The position numbers and the translations under genes are program-made. Source: a virus. Taken from it: 55,911 bases of DNA. Shown piece after piece: positions 44,994 to 54,471 of this stretch. Numbering within the stretch: position 1 is the stretch's first letter; every line of letters begins with the position of its first letter. The notes under the pieces were generated by a model. The model was not told the origin of the DNA, made no database searches, and worked only from the letters and a program-made list of their open reading frames with translations. Location of the stretch: UHGV virus genome UHGV-1364082; one strand, given 5' to 3'.

Positions 44994-46310
44994 CTAGCCC
45001 ATTGAACTGCCAAAAAAGACTTCACGTTTAACAACAGGATATTCTTTGACGATGAAATACCCGGCAGCGTCGTTTACATGATCATGCCCGGTCGTCTTGT
45101 CCGGTTCTCCATTTTTTGCCCACGGCTGTTGTTCCAACGCCTCCGCATATGAAGGGCATTTATCGGGGTTGACCCTGTACCGCCTCTCGCCCAATGCATT
45201 GCAGAACATGGAGTTCATTGCGTTGATACGGTCCTTCACCGGGGGATTTGAGCTATTCACGCAAACCACAAAACCCGCTTCCCGGAGTAAAGCAATATCC
45301 GTCTTGCTGGCATTCACTGAGCGTCTGGAATCGCCGGATGCATCAGGATAGATACGGATCTGGCAAGTTGGCAGATATTTCCCCCCCTCATATCGCCAAT
45401 AGCGTTCTTTGATTCTCTGTATCATGTCTGGTGTATCGTAGGCATTGACGATTTCATCAACGGCGCAGGGAAACCCATCACGCTTTACATGGGCAACGGA
45501 AGCCATTTTCCCCACGTTGAAGTCCATACCTATGTAGAGCGGCTCGCCTTCTCGGATACCCTCAGAACAACTATTGTACTGACGATTGAAGGCACAATAG
45601 ACAGTTCCAGACGTGAGATTGACGAACTCACCGTTGATGTAAGCGTCGATAAGCTGTGTGGGATATGATTGCAGCAAAGAAGGGATGTAATCATCAGGCA
45701 GGTTGATTTCATTGTCGTATGTGCTGGCCTTAACGATTCCGTACATCTTTGAAAGCTCAGGCTTCTCTCTCACCTGCTTTACAAACTGATTGTAGACGAA
45801 CTTGAAACCCTCTGGCGTTGTCGTAACATCAATACCATTGCGCAAACCAACGACATTGTAGCGCATACGTGAGATTATTTTTCTCCATGCAAGGGACGCC
45901 TTATCAACAGGCATAACGTCTATTTCATCGACAAGCGCATGGCCAATTTTGAAACCAACGATTGTTTGGGGATTGTCCATCGAACGGCACTTTATGATCC
46001 CCCTAAATGTGGTTCCAGAATAGACAAAAACTTCGTGGTTACCTTCCTTGACCTGAGTCCTAAGTCCCCAATTGTAGAAGCACTCTTCAACCGTGGGATA
46101 AAAAATATCGCGGATTTGAGGATAGGTAGGGGCGAAATATCCGGCATCAATGCGTGGGAATCCCCAAAAGTGCTTAGCAAGGCCACAGCACCCCACATAA
46201 GTCTTTCCACTGCCAAACCCACCTACAAAGCTCTTGAACTTTACATCAAGGAACAAAAATTCGGCCTGTCGTTCGTTCAACTCTGGGCGGATGACGAGCG
46301 TGCCATTCAT
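44994..46310 (-). CDS. terL: Terminase large subunit.
   Basis: Walker A GGFGSGKT, Walker B ALVDEID, C-terminal nuclease region. Confidence 0.85.
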   Translation of the reverse strand: MNGTLVIRPELNERQAEFLFLDVKFKSFVGGFGSGKTYVGCCGLAKHFWGFPRIDAGYFAPTYPQIRDIFYPTVEECFYNWGLRTQVKEGNHEVFVYSGTTFRGIIKCRSMDNPQTIVGFKIGHALVDEIDVMPVDKASLAWRKIISRMRYNVVGLRNGIDVTTTPEGFKFVYNQFVKQVREKPELSKMYGIVKASTYDNEINLPDDYIPSLLQSYPTQLIDAYINGEFVNLTSGTVYCAFNRQYNSCSEGIREGEPLYIGMDFNVGKMASVAHVKRDGFPCAVDEIVNAYDTPDMIQRIKERYWRYEGGKYLPTCQIRIYPDASGDSRRSVNASKTDIALLREAGFVVCVNSSNPPVKDRINAMNSMFCNALGERRYRVNPDKCPSYAEALEQQPWAKNGEPDKTTGHDHVNDAAGYFIVKEYPVVKREVFFGSSMG

Positions 46311-46768
46311 GTGCCACGCCTCCCGTTCACTACCTGAACTTGAATCGCTACAGGGATTTCATCGATAGGATCGTCCTTGCGTTCGCCAAAGGCGTTGACA
46401 TGCTTTCCAAGAAGTTCAAGCGCACGGTTGGCTCCTGATGAATCGAAACGCCAAACGGATCGTCCCTCTTCATCAACAACCTGTTCCCCGCGAGTATTAT
46501 AGACGGGTGCCTTTTGCATACAGCGTTCGGCAACCTCACGAAGAGATGTAACGACATAATCGACGGTGACTAGAGTCCTCTTTTGTCTCTCTTGCTGCCC
46601 CTTCTGTATCGCCTCCTGAACACTAGCTTTCGTTAACAGACGTGCGGCCTGTTCATTTGCCGTTCTCTGACTATACCCTGCACGAATAGCAGCCTGCGTC
46701 CCATTAAGGTCGACAAGATACTCTTGAGCAAATCTAGCTTGTTTAGGCGTCAGAGATAGTTCTTTCAT
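46307..46768 (-). CDS. terS: Terminase small subunit (Terminase_2 / P27 family).
   Basis: MKELSLTPKQARFAQEYLVDLNGTQAAIRAGYSQRTA... Confidence 0.8.
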   Translation of the reverse strand: MKELSLTPKQARFAQEYLVDLNGTQAAIRAGYSQRTANEQAARLLTKASVQEAIQKGQQERQKRTLVTVDYVVTSLREVAERCMQKAPVYNTRGEQVVDEEGRSVWRFDSSGANRALELLGKHVNAFGERKDDPIDEIPVAIQVQVVNGRRGT

Positions 46769-47192
46769 TCTGTTCCCTCTGGAACCGTTTTTCATCGCGT
46801 TTGTTCAGTTCTTCGATTCGCGTACTGAGCGACGTGTCCAAATCAAAAGGTGCGCCTTTCCGTTTGCGCCGATACCCCAATTTTTGGGGTAGCTGATGCC
46901 CAGTATTTGGGGTATCCATATTTCCAGTATTATTTCCAAGCGCAAGAACCGCAGCGCGTCCTGTTTGCTGCGAGATGAACACCCCGGAAGCTATCAGGCG
47001 TTGAAGGGCTTTTTGTACCGTGTTTCGTGAATAGCCTGTCTCCTCAATGAGCGTCTTCTGACGGACTTGGATGGTTCCCGTTTTTTGATTGAGATGCAGT
47101 GCAAGCACCATTCCGACATAGCGTTCACCGGGCAGCAAATCCATTTTCAGGATAACCCGTTGTAAGGCGTAAGTGTCCATCCATTTTCCCAA
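46743..47192 (-). CDS. Winged-helix DNA-binding protein.
   Basis: LIEETGYSRNTVQKALQRLIASGVF. TTG start in the table. Confidence 0.4.
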   Translation of the reverse strand: MGKWMDTYALQRVILKMDLLPGERYVGMVLALHLNQKTGTIQVRQKTLIEETGYSRNTVQKALQRLIASGVFISQQTGRAAVLALGNNTGNMDTPNTGHQLPQKLGYRRKRKGAPFDLDTSLSTRIEELNKRDEKRFQREQNERTISDA

Positions 47193-47275
47193 CTCCGCTA
47201 TCGGCCCCGCATGAAAACCTTGGGCAGGGGCGCGGAATACCCTTTTCGGCTGGCCTACCTAGCCCAAGGAAATTT

Positions 47276-47500
47276 TTAATTCCAAAATACTTTGCTGATA
47301 ACCGCACCAAGGGCGGAACACATAAGACCGAGAATTGCGTATGCACCCGTCCTTTGATCCCTTTCAGCTTCAAGCGATGCTACGCGGGCGGGGATATTCA
47401 GTTCATGTTCAGATGCAAGGAGCGTTTCGATACGCACAAGACGCTCCCTGATTTCCTTGTCGGTACACTCGGGACAAGTTGTTCCGGCGACCATGCTCAC
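47276..47500 (-). CDS. Small lysis-associated membrane protein.
   Basis: C-terminal TM helix. Within the lysis cassette. Confidence 0.35.
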   Translation of the reverse strand: MSMVAGTTCPECTDKEIRERLVRIETLLASEHELNIPARVASLEAERDQRTGAYAILGLMCSALGAVISKVFWN

Positions 47501-47784
47501 CTTCCTGATTGCTCAACATCATAAATCCATTCTGCCAATGTTGCCGCGTCTCTATCGTCCATCCACACGCCATCGATTCCATCAAGATTCACTTTTCGGA
47601 TGCTCGCCAGTATGGGCGTAGACGGTATCTGTGTTCTTTCCGCCCAATTTGCTGACGAGCACCCCAGAAGCATCAAGAGCAACAGACCGCCGAAAATCGT
47701 CAGCAGCGGCTTTATCCACCGTATCAAGAAGGCGTAAAGCAAGTTGCAGGAAGGACAGAATGACGGCGGTAATGTTCGACACAT
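47497..47784 (-). CDS. Spanin-like lipoprotein / membrane protein.
   Basis: TM helix plus lipobox LLGCSS. Confidence 0.45.
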   Translation of the reverse strand: MCRTLPPSFCPSCNLLYAFLIRWIKPLLTIFGGLLLLMLLGCSSANWAERTQIPSTPILASIRKVNLDGIDGVWMDDRDAATLAEWIYDVEQSGR

Positions 47785-47788
47785 GCCC

Positions 47789-48079
47789 TCACTTCCCGGT
47801 CACGGCCTTGACTTCAGACTGGACAGCGGGAGACTTGCCGTCAGCCACGGCCCCTTTGTTCTGCCCGAAGTGCGCTGCAAAGGCATGAACCCACCGATAT
47901 ACGGCGGCATAGGCCCCGGTTGTTTCCTTGGGTACGGGCATCCATACGGTGGCTACGGCGCATAGGCCGCACACAGTCATGAGCACACTCAGGGCGGTGA
48001 TGATCCATGCCGCGTCGGGATACTGTGCAGAAAGCTGCGCCAAGGTAGACAGAATGAAGTCAATCACGGTGGTTTCCAT
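47789..48079 (-). CDS. Holin-like protein.
   Basis: Two TM helices. Coupled to the endolysin. Confidence 0.5.
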   Translation of the reverse strand: METTVIDFILSTLAQLSAQYPDAAWIITALSVLMTVCGLCAVATVWMPVPKETTGAYAAVYRWVHAFAAHFGQNKGAVADGKSPAVQSEVKAVTGK

Positions 48080-48462
48080 CAGTATTTACCTCCATGCTGG
48101 TAAAAGGCGACGTCCTGCGGCTTGTTCGGATCGTTGTCGAGATGAACCCATGTGGGGGCCAGTTCGATACGCCGGAATCCGACTTCAAGCGCAGCTTGGA
48201 GAATCAGGAAACGGGTGTGCGAGTTGATGCACTTGATATCTACGGCGTACCCACGGGTATGGGCGGAATCGTCCACTCCACCGACTGCCTGATTGTGCGC
48301 CGGACAACGGTAGGCGGAAGACAATACCAGCGGGATACCAGCACGATCTCGAACTTCATCAAGCATCATGAGCAAGTCTTGATTCATGTGCTCAATGCCG
48401 CCACCGCATCCGTCCTTGCAACGGAATTCATCCGGGGAGAAATGGCGAAGAGAAATTTGCAT
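48079..48462 (-). CDS. Endolysin, peptidase M15 (DUF882/YcbK-like).
   Basis: FSPDEFRCKDGCG...LSSAYRCPAHNQAVGGVDDSAHTRGYAVDI. Confidence 0.7.
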   Translation of the reverse strand: MQISLRHFSPDEFRCKDGCGGGIEHMNQDLLMMLDEVRDRAGIPLVLSSAYRCPAHNQAVGGVDDSAHTRGYAVDIKCINSHTRFLILQAALEVGFRRIELAPTWVHLDNDPNKPQDVAFYQHGGKY

Positions 48463-48495
48463 AAGAAAAGCTCCTATTTCTGGATACTAGGAGCT

Positions 48496-48538
48496 TCTGG
48501 AGGAGAAAAATCAACAGCATGTTGGTACGAAGTTTGGA
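48496..48538 (-). promoter_or_regulatory. Conserved 41-bp late element, copy C, with a sigma70-like -35/-10 downstream in minus orientation.
   Basis: TCTGGAGGAGAAAAATCAACAGCATGTTGGTACGAAGTTTGG. On the minus strand: TTGATT, 19-nt spacer, TAGTAT, then the RBS of the endolysin. Confidence 0.5.
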
Positions 48539-49050
48539 TTATTCCACCATTTGTTGTTTTTCGTCTCAATGAAAACGGAGGTATGCCCACAGGCAGAGCA
48601 CTTTGAGTACCTGACAATCATGCGGATGTTCCCATCATCGTCATATTTTTTCTTGGTGTGATAACAGACCATTGCGTCCTGATGGCACTTGGGGCACGGC
48701 GGGCACTTGCGCTTTCTGGGCTCAGTCCGGACTTCCTTACGTGGACGGATGATTTCGAGGGGAGTAGAACGTCCTATTTTGACTTGAATGATGGTAAGCG
48801 CGCCACGGCTGCGCAACCGCCGATAAAAGCGATAGATGGAGCGGTAGTTCTTGATTTTGCGCCAAGGACAGTAGAAAACGGACAGATACAGAATAGCGTC
48901 CAGATGCGCCCTGATTTCAATGGCAGACATGGAAAGATGGATGCGGGGCATGTACTGGTGGATGATAGGGAGAATCCGGGCAAAGGCCGCATCGTCAATA
49001 GCGGTCAACCCGCCCCTGCGTTCAAAGTCCAGCTTGGCGCGTTTTCTCAT
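48511..49050 (-). CDS. Possible Ogr/Delta-like zinc-finger late activator (N-terminus uncertain).
   Basis: ...CPKCHQDAMVCYH...KCSACGHTSVFIETK resembles C-x2-C...C-x2-C..TFI. Located at the lambda Q position. Confidence 0.3.
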   Translation of the reverse strand: MRKRAKLDFERRGGLTAIDDAAFARILPIIHQYMPRIHLSMSAIEIRAHLDAILYLSVFYCPWRKIKNYRSIYRFYRRLRSRGALTIIQVKIGRSTPLEIIRPRKEVRTEPRKRKCPPCPKCHQDAMVCYHTKKKYDDDGNIRMIVRYSKCSACGHTSVFIETKNNKWWNNPNFVPTCC

Positions 49051-49052
49051 GC

Positions 49053-49478
49053 TTACCTTCCCGTGCTTCCGTAGCCGTTTGTTCCACGCTTGGATGGTGA
49101 AAGTTCCTTTGCTTCGATATACTGGACTGACGGAATGGGGATGATAACAAGCTGTCCGATGCGGTCACCGGGCTGGTAAAGCGGCTCGCCTCCATCGGTA
49201 CGCCTGAACTTTGCCTTGATTTCCCCACGGTAATCAGCGTCAATCACGCCCACGGAATTGGAGAGCTGGAGCGGAACCCGGAAAATGGACGAACGGGGAA
49301 ACAGGAGGGCGGCGAATCCTTTGGGGACTTCAATAGCAAGCCCGGTACCGTATTCGTAACAGGCTTCATCGGGAAGCCATTTGCGGCTGATCGCGGTAAT
49401 GTCGAACCCCGCAGCCCATTCCGACCCCTGTTTCGGGGTAACGGCGTCAGGATGAAGGCGTTTGAATTTGATGGTCAT
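49053..49478 (-). CDS. dut: dUTP diphosphatase.
   Basis: AAGFDI...PRSS...NSVGVIDADYRGEI...GDRIGQLV...GSTGR. Confidence 0.85.
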   Translation of the reverse strand: MTIKFKRLHPDAVTPKQGSEWAAGFDITAISRKWLPDEACYEYGTGLAIEVPKGFAALLFPRSSIFRVPLQLSNSVGVIDADYRGEIKAKFRRTDGGEPLYQPGDRIGQLVIIPIPSVQYIEAKELSPSKRGTNGYGSTGR

Positions 49479-49613
49479 GGGTTTTACTTTCCCACTTGCC
49501 AAACCACAAAAATTTTTCATGATTACCACCCCATTGCCTTGCTTATGACCCCAACCACAGCCGCGACAATCAACACGACGCCAACGCACCCATATGCCCA
49601 CAACCTGCTTCCG

Positions 49614-49817
49614 CTAGGCTTTCCCATGCTTGATAGCCTCCATGTGCGCGTCAAGCTCGTCGGTGTAAGCACAGACGCCGTACCCGTGGTTAGCGGACCT
49701 GTCGCAATCATAGACGGGATAGCCGTAGCGGATCATCAGGAGGCGGCTTACCTTGGCGTAGGCTATGATAGCCTTCCAGCCGCACAGCAATTTCCGTTCA
49801 TTCTCAGCCATGCTCAC
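49614..49817 (-). CDS. Hypothetical protein.
   Basis: 67-aa ORF. Confidence 0.4.
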   Translation of the reverse strand: MSMAENERKLLCGWKAIIAYAKVSRLLMIRYGYPVYDCDRSANHGYGVCAYTDELDAHMEAIKHGKA

Positions 49818-50209
49818 ACCCCCATCGGCAGGATCTCGACAACGGCCTTTCCACCCTTCACCACTTCTCCGCGTGTGATGTAAATCGAATCGACTTGCTC
49901 ATCGTCCAGCCACACCCCGGCGTGGGTGAGGGAATCAAGAAGGGACTTAAGGTATCCGTCAATATCCCTCTTGCGACGATCTGGCGGGCAAACAACCACA
50001 TTGACTTTGACTCGAGAATCGATTTTTAGAGCCTTCTTTTTATCACCCACAATCTGCACCACGTTTTTTCTAAAATCGCGTCCACGGGCGGATATGAGCG
50101 TTCTGGGGGTTCCGTTGATGGTAATGTGCCGCCAGTAGTGATTGACAAGCGGAGGGATAGGGAGTTCGAGGTGTACATTTTCCATTACCGATTTTTTCGC
50201 TGTGCTCAT
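49814..50209 (-). CDS. rusA: RusA-family Holliday junction resolvase.
   Basis: PLVNHYW...ARGRDFRK...VVCPPDRRKRDIDGYLKSLLDSLTHAGVWLDDEQV. RBS AAAAAGGAG. Confidence 0.8.
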   Translation of the reverse strand: MSTAKKSVMENVHLELPIPPLVNHYWRHITINGTPRTLISARGRDFRKNVVQIVGDKKKALKIDSRVKVNVVVCPPDRRKRDIDGYLKSLLDSLTHAGVWLDDEQVDSIYITRGEVVKGGKAVVEILPMGV

Positions 50210-50280
50210 CACACACTCCTTTTTGTCAAATACCCCTGCACACGCGCCGGGGCCGAAGATTTCACAGTACCGTGGGCACA

Positions 50281-51726
50281 TCACAAATCGTTTTCCTGTA
50301 CCGCAGGACGCCCGGCCCATGCTTCACCCTCGGTAAACTCAGAAAAAGCTTTTTCGAAACGCAAGAACGATGCACCTGTTCCCGTACTGCGGGATTTCCC
50401 GACTATGCATTTCACGTCAGGTCTGGCATTAGCCCTGTCCAGATCGCGGGTGTGCAGCAAAATGATGATGTCGGCGTCCTGCTCAATCGCTCCAGACTCT
50501 CTGAGATCGGAAACCCGGGGCTCTCGCTTGCCTTCTTCGCTTGAGCGGTTAAGCTGGGAAAGCAGGAGTACAGGAACTTGCAGATCAAGGGCCATTTGCT
50601 TAAACGAGCGTGACATCTCCGCAACTTCTCGTTCTCTGCTGGTGCTTTTCTCGTCAGGATGCAAAAGCTGGAGATAGTCCACTACGATGAGCCCTAAATC
50701 CTTGATGCCCCGCGCCAGCCTGCGGACTTCGCGGGGGCACATGGGCACAGTTGACTTTTCCACGATGGACAAGGGAAGGGCTTCAAGCTGCCCTATGGCG
50801 GTGTCAATAGCTCCACGGATCTGCGGCGTGACGCCCATCCCCTCACGGAAAAACCGCCCATCGATACGCCCTACACGGGAGATGAGGCGATGCCCAAGGC
50901 TTTCGTCGCTCATCTCGCATGAGACAAAGAGCACACCCATTCCGCGCCATGCGGCACCCAACGCCACATTTGCGGCTAAAGCCGTCTTTCCAAGGCCGGG
51001 ACGAGCGGCAAGGACGATCAATTCCCCCGGCATGAATCCCCCACGCAAAACGCTGTTCAAGCTTTTCCACGGAGTCTGAATTTTGCGCAGCGATTGCGGA
51101 TTATCGAGCTTTGCCCGAATGCGGCCCATGAGGTTCGACATAGTTACGGCTTCCTGAATCCCTCCCGAAGCTTCAACAAGCTTTCGGGCACGGTCAGCGA
51201 TGTATTCGGAGTCCACGCCGTAAACCGATGCTTCCGCAGCAATTTCGAGCAATCCGGCATGGAGTTCCGCCCGGCGATGTTCATCGGCAAGCTTTCGGGC
51301 CAAACTCTCGGCATGGCCTTTCAACCCCCACGCGGACGTAGAAAGTTCAGCCATGCGCGCCATATCCGGGGCGGGCCAAAGTTCAGGATCTTTCGCCCAA
51401 CGCGATTGCATCTGTGTTGCCAACGCGGTGAGATTGGGACGTTGACCGGACTGACGGAGCAAATCGAGAGCCACGGCAAGCGGCGCAGCTTCCGGCGTCA
51501 CAAAACAACCTGCGGGGCAGATATCGAGTACATCCCCAAGCAAATGGGCATCCCGGTTCATGCCCGAGAGAGTCGCGGCAATGACGCTGGACTCAAGCTG
51601 TGCACGGGCTTCCGAGGCCATGACGGGCTTTGGCGCGGGAGCATTCTGCCTGCGGGCCATGATGCCGCGTTCAAGCGTCTGAACTGCCATTTCAAGCCAC
51701 CTCCCGATTGTCGTACTTGCCTTCAA
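50281..51726 (-). CDS. dnaB: Replicative DNA helicase DnaB.
   Basis: GELIVLAARPGLGKTALAANVAL...VLLLSQLNRSSEEG...ADIIILLHTRD. Confidence 0.9.
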   Translation of the reverse strand: MKASTTIGRWLEMAVQTLERGIMARRQNAPAPKPVMASEARAQLESSVIAATLSGMNRDAHLLGDVLDICPAGCFVTPEAAPLAVALDLLRQSGQRPNLTALATQMQSRWAKDPELWPAPDMARMAELSTSAWGLKGHAESLARKLADEHRRAELHAGLLEIAAEASVYGVDSEYIADRARKLVEASGGIQEAVTMSNLMGRIRAKLDNPQSLRKIQTPWKSLNSVLRGGFMPGELIVLAARPGLGKTALAANVALGAAWRGMGVLFVSCEMSDESLGHRLISRVGRIDGRFFREGMGVTPQIRGAIDTAIGQLEALPLSIVEKSTVPMCPREVRRLARGIKDLGLIVVDYLQLLHPDEKSTSREREVAEMSRSFKQMALDLQVPVLLLSQLNRSSEEGKREPRVSDLRESGAIEQDADIIILLHTRDLDRANARPDVKCIVGKSRSTGTGASFLRFEKAFSEFTEGEAWAGRPAVQENDL

Positions 51727-52606
51727 TCACGCCCATAAACCCGCTTGGGGACATGAGCTTGTCGAAATCCACCCGGTACACTGTCCCATCTCGAAAAGCC
51801 TTTTTGCCAGTGAGAAAATCAGACCGGGAAGCCCTTGCAAACAGCCGCCGAAAGTAATCCAGCCTTTCGGCGGCGGAGGTGTCCCTGTTCAGCATTCGCA
51901 GCCTCTCTCCGGCCTCTGTCCATCTTGCCTTCATTGCCCCCTTGCGCTTTGCGTTCACGATTGCAACCCGGGGATGTTCCGGGAAAGCCTCGTGATACAG
52001 GCCGACAATGGCGTCATAGGGGCAGGCTGGCGAGGCATGGGCCTGCCGCTTTTCGCCGGGCTGGGAGGCGTCGACGGCTTCGGCGTCGACAACTACCCCG
52101 TCAGGGGTAGTATCTTCTTCTAGGCTTGGTTTGGTTTGGTTTGGGGCATTGCTTAACGATGCGTCCAGTATGCTATTAGCATAGTGTAAGCATAGCTCAC
52201 TTGAATCATTAGCATTGCTATTTTCATTTTTTGGCATACCGGAGGCATTCTTATTGCCCCAACGAGCATCGGCAGCCCTGCGCGCACGATCCTTTCGTTC
52301 TTCTTCCTTGCTGGCATATTCTTGATGCTCACACCAATCATGCAGCGCATAAACTCCATCCGTTTCGTCTATAAAACGCAGATCCACGAGCGTCTGGCAA
52401 AATTCTCCGGGTTCCCCATCCCACTTCGCGGCAATTTCCACATCCTCGCAGTCTATTCCGCTCAACACGCCGTTTGAACGATTTTGAGCCGTCCAAATCC
52501 AAAGCCGTTGCAGGCAGATAACCGCACCAACACCAAGACGTCTCTGGAGCTTGACCGTCTTGGGGTGATCGAAAAACTCCACAGAAAGGCGGATGTCATT
52601 GTTCAT
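51692..52606 (-). CDS. Phage replisome organiser / replication initiation protein.
   Basis: N-terminus ...LSVEFFDHPKTVKLQRRLGVGAVICLQRLWIWTAQN. Confidence 0.6.
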   Translation of the reverse strand: MNNDIRLSVEFFDHPKTVKLQRRLGVGAVICLQRLWIWTAQNRSNGVLSGIDCEDVEIAAKWDGEPGEFCQTLVDLRFIDETDGVYALHDWCEHQEYASKEEERKDRARRAADARWGNKNASGMPKNENSNANDSSELCLHYANSILDASLSNAPNQTKPSLEEDTTPDGVVVDAEAVDASQPGEKRQAHASPACPYDAIVGLYHEAFPEHPRVAIVNAKRKGAMKARWTEAGERLRMLNRDTSAAERLDYFRRLFARASRSDFLTGKKAFRDGTVYRVDFDKLMSPSGFMGVIEGKYDNREVA

Positions 52607-52763
52607 GCCTTCTCCACCTTTTCGAGGCTCGCTATCTTATCGCGCTCGACTTGAATCTTTGCATTGATAGCGTCGACAATACGCGCCTTGATTCGGAATA
52701 GGCGTTCGACCTTCTTGAGCGATTCAATAATTATCGGATTGACTTTACTCTGCGATTCCATCA
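52607..52763 (-). CDS. Small coiled-coil protein (51 aa).
   Basis: ATGATG with GGAG RBS. Coupled to the replisome organiser gene. Confidence 0.3.
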
Positions 52764-52830
52764 TAATTACTCCGTCAGTTTAGTTGTTTTGGTTTGGCCC
52801 GGTGTTCCCGCATCGGGCCTTTTCTTTTGC

Positions 52831-53028
52831 CTATGCCTTAGAAGCATCAAGTTTCACTTCAACCCTGTTCCGGCACTTCTGGCATCGCTTCTTGTCGAGC
52901 CACCACCAGTTGGCTTTTGGGCATGGCCTCAAGTGCGGAAATGCGCTGATAGCCTCCAGCAATGCCTCTTTCGTCTCGTACCCTGCGGCTTGCGGCGTAG
53001 GGAGGCGGTGACGGCAATGGAGCGACAT
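52831..53028 (-). CDS. Small zinc-ribbon protein.
   Basis: C-terminal part of the table ORF 52831..53343. CPKANWWWLDKKRCQKC. Confidence 0.3.
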   Translation of the reverse strand: MSLHCRHRLPTPQAAGYETKEALLEAISAFPHLRPCPKANWWWLDKKRCQKCRNRVEVKLDASKA

Positions 53029-53029
53029 A

Positions 53030-53521
53030 TCAAAACCCCAGAACCGGATCTGCGGCCCTTCCCGGCATACTTCCCCGGACGCTATGCAGCCCGTCGAAGT
53101 ACAACTTCTTCCCTTGATACGGATCGGGCATACAGAATTGCCCGTACCAAGGTGCAGGAGTAAAATCCCCTTTGTATCGGGCCGCATCATACCGCTTCTT
53201 GTATTCTGCCCTGCATGATTGCTTTTCACATACCAATTGGTTGTGACTACGCGGGATAAATTCTTCCTCACATATGGCACAAGGCCTTGTCTCCCTATCC
53301 TCTTTTTCCTTCTCTTTGAACCGACGCACCCGCTCGGCACCATCCAGACTCTTCTTTGCTTTTAGGCAGCTTTCCGAGCAACAGATCTGGTTGTGTCCTG
53401 CCGGAATAAACATCGTGTGGCAGATCACGCACTCTCGCTCTTCATAGACGCGATCAATCTCGCAGACATGATCCGCCTTTTTCCCTTTGAACCACCGACC
53501 GCAAAGCTGGCATTTTTGCAT
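53030..53521 (-). CDS. Tandem zinc-ribbon protein.
   Basis: Two C.IC...FIP..HNQ..C repeats. Confidence 0.5.
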   Translation of the reverse strand: MQKCQLCGRWFKGKKADHVCEIDRVYEERECVICHTMFIPAGHNQICCSESCLKAKKSLDGAERVRRFKEKEKEDRETRPCAICEEEFIPRSHNQLVCEKQSCRAEYKKRYDAARYKGDFTPAPWYGQFCMPDPYQGKKLYFDGLHSVRGSMPGRAADPVLGF

Positions 53522-53523
53522 GG

Positions 53524-53967
53524 TTACTGCCTCGCTTGATTGTAATCTCGTCTATACCGAGTGTTCGTCTGGTCTATCTCGTCCTTCCATTCTTCCGCAG
53601 CCTTGGAGACGATGGACGGATGCGCTTTTTCCTGCATGAGCATGACCATCTTCCCGCAGCATATGGTATCGTCCACGGATTCTCCTTCCCAAGTCGGCTT
53701 GTCTGGCTCTGCCCATTCCTTGGGCTTCACGACATAACCGAGCCTGTCCGCCAGCCATTCCAAGGGCGCGATTGAGCCACAGGAGGCCATAATGCCGAGT
53801 AGTGCGTCCGCTCCGAGCTTCGCGCCGTCGTCAGCCGGGTTCAGCTCACGCTTGAGAGTCGGATACGGCTTGCCTATCTCGGCGGCGATAGCTTTTATCG
53901 GCTTTTCGCCTTCATCGATCATGGACTCAATGACTTCGGTCAACGTGTTATAATCTTGGGTATTCAT
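53524..53967 (-). CDS. Putative early regulatory protein (CII-like position).
   Basis: Second gene of the Cro operon. Identity uncertain. Confidence 0.35.
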   Translation of the reverse strand: MNTQDYNTLTEVIESMIDEGEKPIKAIAAEIGKPYPTLKRELNPADDGAKLGADALLGIMASCGSIAPLEWLADRLGYVVKPKEWAEPDKPTWEGESVDDTICCGKMVMLMQEKAHPSIVSKAAEEWKDEIDQTNTRYRRDYNQARQ

Positions 53968-54213
53968 CGATCATTTTCCTTGGTGTATCCCCATGCTCTA
54001 ATGGGGGCATGGAAACCGTTCACCTGCTCATCACACGGCGTCGTACCGTCTGGCGTGTCCGCATCCTCTTTCGTGGCTCCATTCTTTGGAAAAGCTACCG
54101 GATAGCGGAATACCCGACTCTGGAAGAGGCGGTAAGACGGTGCACTACGGGATTAGTCTGTAGGGACAAAGACGACGAGCATAACAAGGGCCACAACAAT
54201 TCCTATCAAGGCG

Positions 54214-54471
54214 CTACCCATTGCAAGACACCTCTTTGCGTTCGTTGGGAGTTTCAGCCGTGGCTGTGGGCCTAAGTTCGCACTCAAGGCGACGCATGGC
54301 GGCGCGGAGTCTGTCGGCGTTTTCAGACCGCATATCATGACGCTTGCCGGAAAGAAGCCGCGTAAGCGTGTTGGGAAGAAGTCCAGCAGCAATCGCTAGC
54401 TTTCTTGCTGACATATTGTATTTATTCAGAAAAAAATCTAATTCGGTTACAATTTGCGCTTTCATAGGCAT
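54214..54471 (-). CDS. Cro-like HTH regulator.
   Basis: MSARKLAIAAGLLPNTLTRLLSGKR. Divergent from the CI-like gene. Confidence 0.65.
   Translation of the reverse strand: MPMKAQIVTELDFFLNKYNMSARKLAIAAGLLPNTLTRLLSGKRHDMRSENADRLRAAMRRLECELRPTATAETPNERKEVSCNG

Noticed and set aside
51094-51738. 214-aa plus-strand ORF.
   Set aside because: It is antisense to dnaB.
52831-53343. 170-aa minus-strand ORF as a single gene.
   Set aside because: Its 5' two-thirds overlap the tandem zinc-ribbon gene 53030..53521 in another frame. Only the C-terminal 66 codons (52831..53028) are retained, as a low-confidence small gene.
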